The position numbers and the translations under genes were made by a program. A stretch of 64,000 nucleotides of DNA. Origin: Haplodiscus bocki. Taxonomy: Eukaryota. The stretch covers positions 63,240,001 through 63,304,000 of the forward strand of contig OZ296652.1 in assembly GCA_965655095.1 (NCBI GenBank), written 5' to 3'. The notes below the pieces were generated by a model. That model worked only from the letters and a program-made list of their open reading frames with translations. It made no database searches and had not been told where the DNA came from. Shown here in pieces: positions 26,701 to 39,392 of this stretch (position 1 is the stretch's first letter; the number at the start of each line of letters is the position of its first letter).

Positions 26701-29700
26701 TCTTTTGTTTTATCAGCAGCAGTCTTCATCTTTGTATCACTTTCAAGTTTAGTACATCTACCGTAATTGAATTTTTTAGACCGGTTTAGATTTATCTACT
26801 CCAATGTTTACTGTAGTAGAAAAATGACGTCCGCTGACACAATACAAACCAAATGTAATATTTTGAAAAAACATTTTCTGGCAAATAAAAATGTGAATGT
26901 ACCTGAATTTTTACATCATACTTTTACTTCTAGTATTGTACGCCTCATTGCGTCTCCAACAAAGTCAACGTTGTTACCCTCGATATCTTTCATGTAAAGT
27001 TTACTACAATTCCAAAAAGTGTAGTTTGTTTCTTCAAAAGACAATCATTTCAATTCACAGAATATTTGAAAAAAGGAATTAATTGATGCAAAAAAAGCTT
27101 TTATCCTTTTAAACAACCTCCATCAATACAAACTCATTTGAATTGATTTTGGGCACTTGTAGTAGACAATATTTTTTGAAACTTCGCATAGATAAATCCA
27201 GGTTTCAAACTCTCATGTGGGCTACTTCTGAGTATTGAAAAGATCACTTTTAAATCAATTTCTAATTTCTTAATTCTTTTAGTTGCAACTTCATTACAAG
27301 GGTATCAATGTAGTTGTTATTCGTACCAATTTTCGCTTTTTATTTTCGAAACGACTAAATTCCTTTGCTGTTGGTGGTAACTTGAGGTTTTGAAAGGAGA
27401 AACATAAACATTCAAACTGAAACCTCAATTAAATTACTGCAAACTGTTTTGTTCTGAGATAAATTTCAAAGCTGCAGAAACAGTTTCGAAGAAAAATTTC
27501 TGACAGATTTCTGTAAACTGTATTCTCACACAAACTTGTTTTGACTGCTACTTTGTCTTTTCTTTTCGAAGATTTCCGTCTTTTTTCACTTTTTTTCAGT
27601 TTAGAAGCAATAAGTGGTCTCATGTTCTCGTCTTTTAGGTTGTTACCTCTCATATCTTGGAAATTTTTCTCATTTCTGTGAAAAAGGAACAAGTTGCCCA
27701 TTTCATCTTCGTTTTGTTCTCGAAAAACTTTGTTTGAAATTCATCATTTGGTTTAGAGTTATTCAAAATATGAGCTACGAGTTTCCGAACTATTTAATCC
27801 TATCATCCCAGTTTTTTGTTAAATAACTTTTGATTGAGAAATTGCAGATTGGATGAGTGATTTAAAAGTCTCTTCTTTCTTGTGGTTTTGTCAAATTTTG
27901 CTCAACTAGAAAATCACCTTCTTCGAGTTTAAATTAAGTAACAGTTCTTCTGATTTGCTTTGGGACTAAAATTGAAACTTTCAATTCAATAAATCAAAAA
28001 CTTTGAATTCGACCTTTTTTTGACTAAGGTAAAAGTCAAAGTTTTACTTTCGCAATTAATTCTACCACCGTTACCATTTCTCACTAAAGTTTTATCATGC
28101 AGAAAAAAATTCGCTTACTTTTGTAAAAATTACTGTTCTCAGCTCAAAAAATTTTACAACCAATCGATTTTACTCCAGCAGAACAAAATGAAAAGGGGTG
28201 TCTATTTGAATTTAAAATACTTCTGGTAATGGAACCGCATCCTCTAATTGGCCAAGGTATTTTTGTACTGATGGTTGGTTTCTCTCTTGTACATTGCTTT
28301 GTCGCACATTCCATTTTTTTGAAAACTCTAAGGTAGTTCATAAAAAGATTTATTCTATAAAGTTTTGCGTTTTTTTTGTTGGTATAGTTAATATTTTCCT
28401 AAAAGTAACAGCATCAAATTCAACTACCACAAGTGACGGATGTTTTTTTTGTAAAAATCAGTTGGTTCTCCGATGTCTCCTGTTATTTTAGAGAATTTTT
28501 CAAGAGAACCTAAAAGTTCTATCTTTTCATGTTTTAGATACCTTGTAAATACGCTATCATAGATTTCAGTCCCAGTTGGTCTTTTTTTATTGTGTTTTTT
28601 AACTTTTGCTTGTTTACACAACTTTCTCTCCAATAACAAGAATAATTGGATGAAATGCATCAAGTCTTTTGTTGTTTCTTTCGTTTCCGACTGCGGCTGA
28701 ATTTATTATCAATTCAGTTAGGTTTTTGAACGTAGTTCTATGGTTTAATCCTTTATTGATCAAAAGATGTTCTTATTATCCCCGTGTAATAATGGGAATT
28801 TCATTTCTTTGAATTCTTTTAAGAAAAGTTCTGAAAACTTCTGAACTAAGTACACCCGATTTGTTGTTTTATCACAGTTTCAAAAAAATGTCAGAGCCGA
28901 ATATTTCAAACAAACTTGAAAATGTAAATTCTCATGTTTCTTGTGGTGCTGGCACTGTTTTTTCATGCATTGGAATCAGTTCATATGTAATGACAGGTAA
29001 TAATGACTGGTACTAGTCCTCTTTTGTTTGAAAAATGTTTATACAAAGTTTGCTGCTTTTGGAAAAAAACTGTAAAATTACTGTTAATGTTCCACTGTAA
29101 AAAGCAACTTGTTTATACAAACTGTCTTCTATATAAGAAGTAACTTTTTTTAAATCAGATTTTTTTCGTTTCTATTTTCTGTTGTTTTAGATTTTTCATT
29201 ATAATTATGACAAAGGAGTCTTTCTAATGCAACACTGTCATGAAAAGGTTGTTTCAGCCCAAATACAAAGTTTACATCAATTCAATTGCAACTTGAAGGA
29301 TTTTTAACAACTCCACTAAAATCAGCATGTTTTTTACAGGGTCAACTTTCTTTTGCATTTCCACCTATTGAAAATCCTAATACGGTCTGAGAAAAAAATC
29401 ATTTCCCACCTCTTTTTGCTAAATACTTTTGAGGTCCAGGTGTGGCTAAAACACCTATCGTTGAACAATCTATTCTACTGAAAGCAACCTTTTTATTTGA
29501 TGGTAAAACCGTCTTCAGGTCTTTGCTGATATTCACCATTTCATAGAATCCGGAAGAGCACCGAAAATGATTGTTTTCTCCATCAAAATAGTTCCTATTT
29601 ATTATTTAACCTCTTTTACTTCAAAGTAAAAACTATGTTAATACCTGACCTCTTAGATGCCTACACTGTTCTCTTCATACTCTTCAAATGTTTAAATAAA

Positions 29701-30269
29701 CCAATACTCAAACAACTATCAACAATATCTGATAAAAAATAAACACTCTCACATTTTGCCTAACCATTTTTTTATTCTACCTATAAGTTGAATTCATTTA
29801 ACATCATTTGCTTTAAAACTTTGTTTGGTTTTTTCGTTGCCACAAAATCTGTTTAATTACCGGGAGTACAAATCGAAGCTCTATTGTTACGTTGAGTTCA
29901 AATAAAAACTGAATTCAAATTGTTTACTGGTTACACTTATCTTACATTTTGCTTTGTTAAGCGTTGATTGTGTTATAGGACAGAAAGTATCACTCTTGGT
30001 GAAGTCCCACCTCATTCGATAAGCTCATCAGTTTTTTTATTAGGTGTACTAAATCCTGATTCGACGTTTATTTTTTCTAAACCCCTGCTACTTTTCTTTG
30101 TCTTTTTTTTGTTGGGAATATAACTACTTGAAGCTTTTAGAGTTGGATACAGATTTAGATTGAGTTTCTCTTTTTTGGTGTAAATTTTACACTCCTGTTG
30201 TCAATATCTAGTTTTTTCAGTGTCAGTCATTGTTACAGGAAAATACAGCTGCTTTGAAATTCTTTTTGT

Positions 30270-30560
30270 ATTTTTTTTCGAAAACATGTCTTCTGTCAAA
30301 GATACAAACAGAAGTCAACACAGTAACCACTTTCCTCTAAACTCCTTCCTCAGAAAAAAGCAAGTTCTATTTATTTCGAAGACATATCCACATATAAACC
30401 TTGTGGAGGAGAATGATCTTATTCGAAGCAGTTCTCCATGATATATGTTACCCAATGTGTAACTTTAGTAGGATGAAGCTTAACAATACCAACATCGGTT
30501 GTACACTTACCACTTCTAGTGACTATATTAGGCCTATTTTCTATTTTTCTTAAGGTTTCT
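30270..30560 (-). pseudogene. Adenain-like cysteine protease remnant (Polinton/Maverick)
   Basis: Minus strand gives DVGIVKLHPTKVTHWVTYIMENCFE (30496-30422) and ESGYCVDFCLY (~30334-30302), matching the THW...YFDS...CGxYC pattern. Confidence 0.65.
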
Positions 30561-33500
30561 CTTCTTCTGAAAAACATATGACTTTATCTTTTAAACTGAT
30601 ACTAGTTACAAATTTTTCAATTGTTGCTTCCCTGGTTTCTAAGCCTCTTCTGCGGCTTTTATGTACAGGTAGGCAACCTTATTTTACTGCGTCTGCATTT
30701 TCATATATATCAAAGTTTCATCTATCATATAGTAATTATACTTCATTAAATTTGAAAACAATTCAATGTTTTTTTTCCAAAATTTCAACCACTTCCAATT
30801 TTGTTGGAATCTTTCAACTATTCAAAAATAATTGGTTTTTTCTCCAATTGATTGCCTTCATTTGAGTTTGTCCAGTTTTTTGTTTTAAAACTTCTCCCCC
30901 TTTAAACTTTGTTGTACAAGGGTTTGTGTTATTCGGGTTGCTAGTTTTTTAGATGATTGATTTCCTTTCCTTTTAAATCAATCTTGCTAATCATCTTTTG
31001 CAGAGAATTCAGTTTGAATTCACTTCTACCAATTTTATCAGAACCTTTATAGCTCCTACGTTCAATACTCTTGACTCCGTTAGCAGTTTTCTGCATTCTT
31101 TTCTTAAAAGAATCAAAGTTTTGTCTATCATCTATATCATTTAATTGTTTCTTTTTCTTGATCTCACATTTTGCATCGAAATCTCTCGAATTACTTCTTC
31201 AGAATTCCTTTCGTGAAACATTTCCTATATTATCATCATCCATCAATATTGAGGCTTCAAAAGTGCTCCGTTATTCTTCTGTTCTCTAAGAACAATTCTC
31301 CAATGGTTATGTTTTCACCCCTCTTTTTCTTCAATTTAATTTCAGTTTTTGTTTGCTCTTTTCGCGGGTATGAATTTTCAGAACCTATCTCAGTTGAGAA
31401 GCAAATTTCGGAACAGGGAGGCTTATTTATTTCAAAACATTTGAAAAAAATTGTGAACAAAAGGTCAAAAACTTCTCCATGAAAAATTTCTTTAGGTTCC
31501 ATTAAAGGATAAGCATCTTTGAAGTTGTTTTATTGAAAGATAGATCGGTTCATTTTATCTTTTCTTTCAAAATGTGAAAAGTTTGCTGTCTCTGCAGGGT
31601 ACATCGTTTTGTGATTTTGAGTTTATTATTTTAGACTTTTTTTTCAAAATAATTACATCGTGAACAACAGCTCATTGTTCGACAAAAAAATCAGAAAAAT
31701 GTCTTTCTTGGTTTTTATGCTCTTTGAAGTTGCCCTTGTCCATAACCTTATTGCAGATACCACATTTTATTCTTATACTTGTTCCAAGTTTATATTTGAT
31801 GGAGTTTAAATGTATTGGGTAAGTTGAAAATTTGAAAGCCAAAAAGCAAATTTTGCCTCAAAAAGATTCTTTGAAATTTACATTTCACCTGTATTAAAAA
31901 TGGAAATTGTCAGATTCTCAGCGTTTTGGAAATTTTTTTCCCTAATGGATTTGAGACAAAAATCGCATAACCAATATATTGGTTATCAAAAGTTTTCATA
32001 AAATTTGCTAAAAGTTCAATTGACTTAATTTGCATTTGATAAAGAATTCTATTAAAATATAAACTTTCACTATATGCCAAAATGAAATATGTGGTTGAAA
32101 TTTTAAATGTAAAAATCGTGCTTCATTCTTTCATGAGTATTTTTCATATGTTATCCTCCTTGAGGAAGGGATGAGACAAAAATTCGTGAAATAGTACTAG
32201 GAATATTAATATTTAAAAAGTGTGTTTCTTAATCAGACTCTTTAACGAATGTGTTATCAAAGCAATTTTTGTTTTGATGGTTGATAAGACTATGTAAATC
32301 GATTTTGATGCTTGGTTGGGTTTGTATAATGGAGGATTTAATATTTGCCTGGGGTTGCTTGTTTTTATACTAAAATTTTTGGATTTAATCTAACTCCAAA
32401 GTCTCCAGATAGCTAGATTATTTTCGAATGAAAATATTACAACTACTGAAAAAATTTTTATTGAGCGTTCTTCAATTTTAGTCTTTTCTGATGTTATTGA
32501 ATTCCAAAGGACAAAGTGGAGCTTTTTTCTCAGAAGGTGCGCGTTTTACAAGTTAAATATTTTCTTCTCATATTAAGAAGAGGAGGAAATGGAAATATGA
32601 ATAGTTAACCACAGCCAAAGTTTCTTTTAGGGTTCTAATGGAATTATTTTTTGTTCTGATAATATTTAAGAGTGGTAAAAGGAGGTATCTAAGATTTCCT
32701 CGGAACCTGCAAAAAATTCTCGATACAAGATATACATGTAGCACATCAAGTCGATTATCCGTGTTCTAATTTTAAAGAAATGTTTGATACCTGCTAAAAT
32801 TCAGATAACGCAAAAGTGGCAATATTTTTAAACTATTGCAGTCCTTATAAAATTGAGAATCGATTTTATATAATGTGAACATAAGATGAAAAACGTATTT
32901 TTGTAAATGTGTTTGTAAAGTCTATGTTTTGCATAGGACAAACCATATCAAAGGCTTCAAATATCAGGACAATGAAGAGTCTTTGTGCTTTCAATACTGC
33001 AACTTCACAGTGTTAGTATTACTTTCGAAGATATCCTTTCGGAAAAATAATTTGATAATAAATCAATTATGATCAGATACACTTGCAATATGAGTTTCAT
33101 AACTTATCAGTGAAATACAACTATGAACTTGAATTTGAAGATACAAAAATTATAGATTCAATTTTTTTAGCGCCGTCGATTAATGTCGACTTCATAGATT
33201 CGATTGACGCTACTATTTAACAGTTTAAACCATTCAAAATGAATTCAAAATCGCTGAAACCATTGCAAAAATTGACGTCAGTTGATGTATAAATAGATAG
33301 CAACAGAAAATATTCTATACAGTGGTTGCCATGCTATTACCGTGGATCAGTGAAAAAAACGCGAAAAAGCCGGAATTTCGTAGAAAAATAAAGGTAGTTA
33401 ACGGCGTTCCCGGGAAATATAACAGCAGTTACCAGCGTTTCGTAAAAAATTTGCAGCGAATATAGCCGTTTCTTGGAAAAATTCCCCTCATGAATTACCG

Positions 33501-33659
33501 CCAGTATCTTACAAAAACAAAAGCGGACTTCGAACCGCCACTGTCTTAGCAGAATTTCGCCGATAAATTTTTCGCCGTTGTCCTTCAACATTAACAGCGA
33601 AAGTCTACAATTTTGGACCTCCTCAACTGGCTGGTCGAATGGATAAAAAGCGTAAATCA

Positions 33660-34570
33660 AGTTGTCGGACAATATTGCCTTCCACAAGCAATGTTTGCAG
33701 ATGATGGAAACAGGAGTCCTTATGTTTAAAATCGGAGGCTTTCAGTTCGTGGGCGCACTGTAGCCCATTTGACATGATTAACGACAAAAAAATGACCTCC
33801 GTATCACCCTAAAAGCGGCTAAACAGAACTGAAATATATGAGAAATGACATAAATTTGAAATTCGAACAGAACAATTTCGCTAAAGCACAATATAGAAAA
33901 AAGCTCAAGACATCTAGGGAGACAAAACGTGCTTGTCAAAAAGAAATATAAAGTTAACTAAAATTGTCGGACAATGTGTTCTTCCGCAGACAAAGTTTGC
34001 AGGTGATGGAAACAGGAGTCCTTGTGTATCAAATTGGAAGCTCTCAGCTCAAAGGCTCCAAATAGCCCTATTGACAGGATCCACGACAAGAACGCTTCCT
34101 CCATAGGTCCCCAAGTCTGCGGAAACAAAACGACATGCGCAATGTCGCAAGGTAGAAAAACTAAAAAACTCAATTGACAAAAAGCTGGTCCTCGAAACGA
34201 TACATTTTAAAATTAAAGTTATCGCACATTGTTTTTATCTACTAACAAAGTTTGCAGATGGTGGAAACTAGAAACGTTATGCATCAAGCTGGAGGCTTTC
34301 AACTTGTGGTTGCAAAGTCCAATCTGACACGATTCATGACAACAAAATGCCATCTACAGAAGCCTAAACCTGTTTCAAAACATAAAGATATCGAAAAATC
34401 GATATTGAAAGGTATTTGAAACAGACCTCATTTTCCAATCAGACAGCATAGAAAAAGCTCATTGAATGTAAAAAGACAAAATTGGCTTGTCAAAAGGAGA
34501 AAGCAGAAATGAAGTTGTCGAACAATTGTGATTTTCAAAAATACATTTGGAGATAATGGAACGGAGAGTC
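33660..34570. repeat. Degenerate tandem repeat, ~250-300-bp unit, ~3.3 copies
   Basis: GTTTGCAGnTGnTGGAAAC...GGAnGCTnTCA...TGACAnGAT recurs at ~33693, ~33995 and ~34250, with a partial copy at ~34545. Confidence 0.7.
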
Positions 34571-37111
34571 TGCTTGCTTTGTATCGAACTTGATTTTGTC
34601 ACTCGTTTCAGTGATTTTTGTGAAGCAAAGATTTTGGTATACGATAGCTTGCGTTTTTGAACCAAAAACACTCCCACGTCTTTTGCTTTTTTTTGTTGCG
34701 GAAATCAGGTTTCTCGATTGGGTTAGCCCTTTTCTGCGTCAGTATTAAAATATACCGGCGTTTTTTTTCAGAGGAGATCGGCGTTAACCTTCAGTGAAAA
34801 ACCTTCAAAAAAAATTTATAAGTGCCATCAGCAAAATGGCAAATGACTAAAAGACCATTGTGCATATACATGAGCTAATAAACACAACACCAAGTAGATG
34901 TTTTCAAGAAAACTGACCATTCCTAACTAACATTCACTTAAATGACAGACAACAAAGGAAAAGTTACGTTCGAAATAAAGGGAACTCAATATGAACAGAC
35001 ATCAATTTTCATGCCAAAGAGATGCAAGACGATAAGACGATAAGACGATGTTACAGATATCGAATATCATCCTTCCAAATTAAAAGCGAGGAGGCCAAAA
35101 AACTGGTGTTGCCTCAATTTCATAAACATCCATTTTCGTTATTTTCTTAAAAATTGGAGAATTAATTGGAGAGCCAAATCAACAAACTTCTATTTTCATC
35201 CAATCTAGGATTAATACGTAGAATATTTCATTGGTTGAAAAGCAACTACTTTCAATACCCATGATACACATTGAGAATGCAATAGAGAACTAAATACTCA
35301 GAAAACGGAATTCATCACTGCGAGGCGAACTTAGAACCGACTAGCTCAGACAAATAGCAACACAGAATCAGAAAAGGGGTTAATTCCGATGCCCGAAAAG
35401 TTTCGCGAACTGGCAAATGTATTAAGGATGGGTTCATTATTAAAAGTGAAATTCATTCAAGAAATCCTTTCCTTATTGTAGAAAGCTTTTTAATTGTCGA
35501 TTAGCATGAAATTCCGAAAATTCAGAAAGCAGACATACTTTTACCCCAATTCAAATTTTAGCAGCGAATTTTGCGGTAAATTTTGTTGGAACTCATGTCA
35601 GCATGATGATTTTAACCTCCAGAGGCTGACTTCCCATAAATATCAACGATTAAAAAAAACTCTTGCATCTTATCTCACCACCTGTCAGGTGACCACGCAA
35701 ATCCGCGAACAGAAAATAAACTTGACGAAAGCAGAAAGCAAATCTTAACTCACAACTTGCGCACGCACAGTGTTGCAACTCTAGGTTGAATTTTTGAACT
35801 TTGTAAACTTTTAGACAATTAGAAGGTGCAAAATCATTATGTTCAATTAAACAACTTTTCATCACTTTGTATAAGTTTTTTCTAATACGTTACACTGAGA
35901 TGAACTGTGACGTACCTTAGCAGAAAATTTAGTGATTGGACCGATATTCGAGAATACCCTAATGAAATGGTGGAGAACCTAATCGACTAGACAGAACAGA
36001 ACAAAGAGTTTGCTCCTCTAACACAAAAACATGCTGCATGCCGATTTCCAGATAATGGCACACTTAGCCTGTACCAATCAACAATCAGCAGAAACGAGGA
36101 CGTTCTTGCAGGCGTTCGCATCTAGAGTGGCAAAACAAAGTTGTTCAACACCTTTTTCTTGCGGTTCTACATCGATGACGGGAACTCCGTAAAACAGTAA
36201 ATTAGTTTGACTAAAGTGAATCTTTGTATGGTAATGATATTTGAACGATACATCTGATTGCGTGTCGCAGGCTGCCGCCTGTGACGGCATGATCTACTCC
36301 GTTAATTACAACGGGCAGAACTCAGTCATACAGGGCTACGCTCTGCCCTTAATTGAAGACTAATATAATAGAACTATCCTTTAATAAACCATTGGATAAA
36401 AACCCCCACCATTTTGAAGTTATATTCTTATACATACTTATATACTAATATATAAATATATATAAAATCTTACAAATATTTATGTACTTATGCGCAAAAT
36501 CCATACAAATATCGAAGAAGCTTGTATCATGAAGGAAAGGTCATAGACAAATGTTTACAATGCGCAACTTATCTGCAGTCTTATACTCAAATTTGATTGG
36601 TCAAAGGCAAGTAATCGTATCAACTGCTGACCAACCAAAAGCGCTGCTAGAACCTGGTCAAAATTGGTCACTGGGACCTAATTTTGACCATTTTGCTCAA
36701 AGCGAGTGGTCGTTTTCAAACAAAAGGCGAAATACGGCCAAATGAAATCAGAAAGCCAATGTATGAACAGACATAATTAAAAAATATTGCTATATACTTA
36801 TATAAACATATAATTATGTGATTATGTGATATAAAATCATTTAGTGCTAATAATTATTAAATCCTGAGTGAGAAATATCATCTGGTCAAAAGACGGTCAT
36901 AGTGCCCACTTTTGACCACTACATATTAACCTACAGTTAAAACCTGTGCAAGAAGCTTAATACCAATATTCTTGCCATATTTAGCATATTATAACTATAT
37001 TTAACCATCCATTATATGAAGCATGCATGTAAACATGATTTTAATATCCCTGAACATTTATCCAGTTTCCATGACCATATTTTTGGTGGTCATGGTTTTG
37101 CGGCATATATT

Positions 37112-37270
37112 CTTTGATGTTGTTTATATTACTATTTTTAAAACTGACGTCATGATGATGAAATATATATTCCGGGCTAAACCTCTTTAATGTTGTTTAT
37201 ATTACTATTTTTAAAACTGATGTCATGATGATGAAATACATAGTTCGGGTTGAACCCCCTTTGATGTTTA
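37112..37270. repeat. ~73-bp tandem duplication inside the LTR (also present in the 3' LTR)
   Basis: CTTTrATGTTGTTTATATTACTATTTTTAAAACTGAyGTCATGATGATGAAATA... starts at 37112 and 37185, with a partial third start at 37259. Confidence 0.9.
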
Positions 37271-37322
37271 ATATACATAGAACCCGAGGACATGACGTCA
37301 AAGAAGTGGTCCTCCCAATTGG
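37145..37322 (+). promoter_or_regulatory. Candidate LTR promoter: CRE-like TGACGTCA sites and a palindromic CCAAT box
   Basis: TGACGTCA at 37145-37152 and 37293-37300; CCAATTGG at 37315-37322, ~260 bp upstream of the gag ATG. Function is inferred. Confidence 0.45.
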
Positions 37323-38249
37323 CTGGCGAAGATGAAGGAAAAGAGACGAATCTGAAGGAGAAATCATCAGAGGAGGATATTCGATCCTGAAAAACAGTTC
37401 ACTATTGAGGAGAAGAAAAACTGCCCTCCTAAAAAACAGTCGATTAGAATACTCTTTGAAACTGACATTATTCTTTGTCCCTGTTAAAATCCTTTACAAA
37501 TTTTTAATTTGAAGTATTATTTCACTTTTGTGTCACTATTAATTTTCGCTGCTATTACAATTCAGTTATTAAAACAAACATGGTTTCTACTCGTAAGAAA
37601 AGACAGTCAAACAAAAGACTCCTCAACCAATTAGATGACTTCGATCAGGATGTGATAATTGGCAACACTGCAAGCGAGAGACAAGAAAACGTTGTGGTCA
37701 ATGAGGGTAATAATGACCAGGATTTTACCGTTGGTACTTCTAATGTTAGTTCGATTATCAATGAAAATGTGTTGAATGTGAAAACTTTAGAAAGGTGTTT
37801 TAATGAAAGAATTGATAGGGAAATGGAAAATATTGTTGAAACAGTTGAAGATAGGATACAGAGTGCAATTTTGACCGCCATCGATAACATTGTTGGTCCT
37901 AAAATTGACTTAGCGATCAGGTCAATAAATGCATCCTCTGGACGGGATGTGGCTAGTATGTCTGCAAACTCAGAACGTAGGGAGCATACGGGAATCAATG
38001 CCTCTTTTGAAAACGCATCTGAAAACAACAACACATTAGGTGTAACAAATATAAATGATGAGGCTCGACGCAACTCCCAAGACGCGGTAAGTGAATTGTC
38101 GGTCCCGGGAACACAATTTGACCGACAATCACACATTCATCACGTGGTGACAGGAGTTGAAGAACGCCACACCATGCTGGCAGGAGGTTCAGAACAGATT
38201 TATAACCCTCATCACATGATGACAAAACCTAGTAACGAGACTCATCACA

Positions 38250-38260
38250 TGGTGACAGGA
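38250..38260 (+). promoter_or_regulatory. Primer-binding site TGGTGACAGGA
   Basis: Immediately follows the 5' LTR terminal CA and is complementary to a tRNA ending ...UCCUGUCACCA. Leu-like by my recollection of acceptor stems; identity not verified. Confidence 0.85.
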
Positions 38261-39385
38261 CAAAAAGCCCAAACAAGTCAATTCCCCGAGTTTCTTACTG
38301 GGCGCATTAAAACACCACGCAACCCATCATTTCATCAATACCAGAACCTGTCAACACAAGTATCACAAGACAACAATTTACCAGTGGTCGAACAAACACC
38401 AACAAATCAAAACTTAGAAGCAAACAACTCCATTAACCGTCTAGCTGACGCAATCGCTGGAATTACCACCCAACAACGACAACAAGCAGCCACAATGCTC
38501 AAACCAGCATCCACCAATACATTAATCTTCGATGGCAAAAATGAGAAATTCGAACTCTTTGAAGACCTATTTCACACAATGCTCAAGATGCAACCAGAGA
38601 TGACAGAAGCCATGAAAATTAACCATTTTCACGCTGATTTACGCAAAGAAGCACTTCAAACATTCAGAAATATCAGTGCAGTAAACAGGAAAACTCTCGA
38701 TGACGTGCTAATTGTGTTCAGATGCAAATATGTCAAACCCGAATCAGAAGCTACAGCTAAACACAAATGGCACAAGCTCACATTCGATCTCAATACAAAA
38801 TCACTTCCTGACTTCATAGAAGAGCTCAATGAATGTGCCGAAAGAGCGTTCGGTGACAACGCCCAACACATGATTGACAGCTTACTATACGCAAAACTAC
38901 CACCCCATTCAAAACGATCACTCAACGTAGCCTATTTGGAGAATGGCACGTACGACCAAATAGTTGCACACCTTGAAAGAGAATTATAACTCAGTGGCTT
39001 AGAAAACGATGGGGAGCTGACAATACCTACAATGACAGCCGTTCCCCCAAATGATAATCAACAAAACAACGAACAAACAAAAGTGGTATGCCACTATTGT
39101 AAAAAGCCAAGCCACGTAATCCGAGAGTGCCGCAAAAGGATGAGAAAAGAACAGGAGCAAAGAAATGATCCCTCAACCCACAAGATGAAACCTTCAACAT
39201 CTAAATCATACGCACCATGTCCTCATTGTCAAAGAATAAATCAACCTAGAACAGTGTTGGAGTGGTCCCAATGCCGCTAAAAGACCCAAACGGTTCAAAC
39301 AGACATATCCAGAAGACAACCGAAATGATGGGCAAGACCAAGGAACTTTGACCCAATCAGGACCTTCATCAATCCTTAAAAACTC

Positions 39386-39392
39386 TTTAAAC
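39386..39392 (+). promoter_or_regulatory. -1 ribosomal frameshift slippery site T TTA AAC
   Basis: X XXY YYZ heptamer in the gag frame directly before the gag stop. The -1 frame is open from 39386 into the pol ORF (39527 minus 39386 is 141 nt). Confidence 0.85.

Larger units (their letters stand above)
20300..32200. mobile_element. Region of decayed, probably rearranged Polinton/Maverick-like DNA
   Basis: Very AT-rich and strand-skewed tract that contains the PolB, integrase and protease remnants above. No terminal repeats identified; boundaries are rough. Confidence 0.45.
36263..38249 (+). repeat. Element A 5' LTR (1,987 bp)
   Basis: TGTCGCAGG...CATCACA. About 16 substitutions and one 2-bp indel versus the 3' copy by manual comparison. 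Confidence 0.97.

Noticed and set aside
36078-36290. 70-aa minus-strand ORF
   Set aside because: It crosses the LTR/flank junction, so it is a chance product of the insertion.
37645-38136. 163-aa minus-strand ORF in both LTRs (also 51926-52417)
   Set aside because: Shadow frame of gag with no recognisable motif; it is duplicated only because the LTR is.
38138-38262. CRISPR-like repeat-spacer array
   Set aside because: Eukaryotic retroelement context, no cas genes, degenerate repeats, and in-frame coding spacers.
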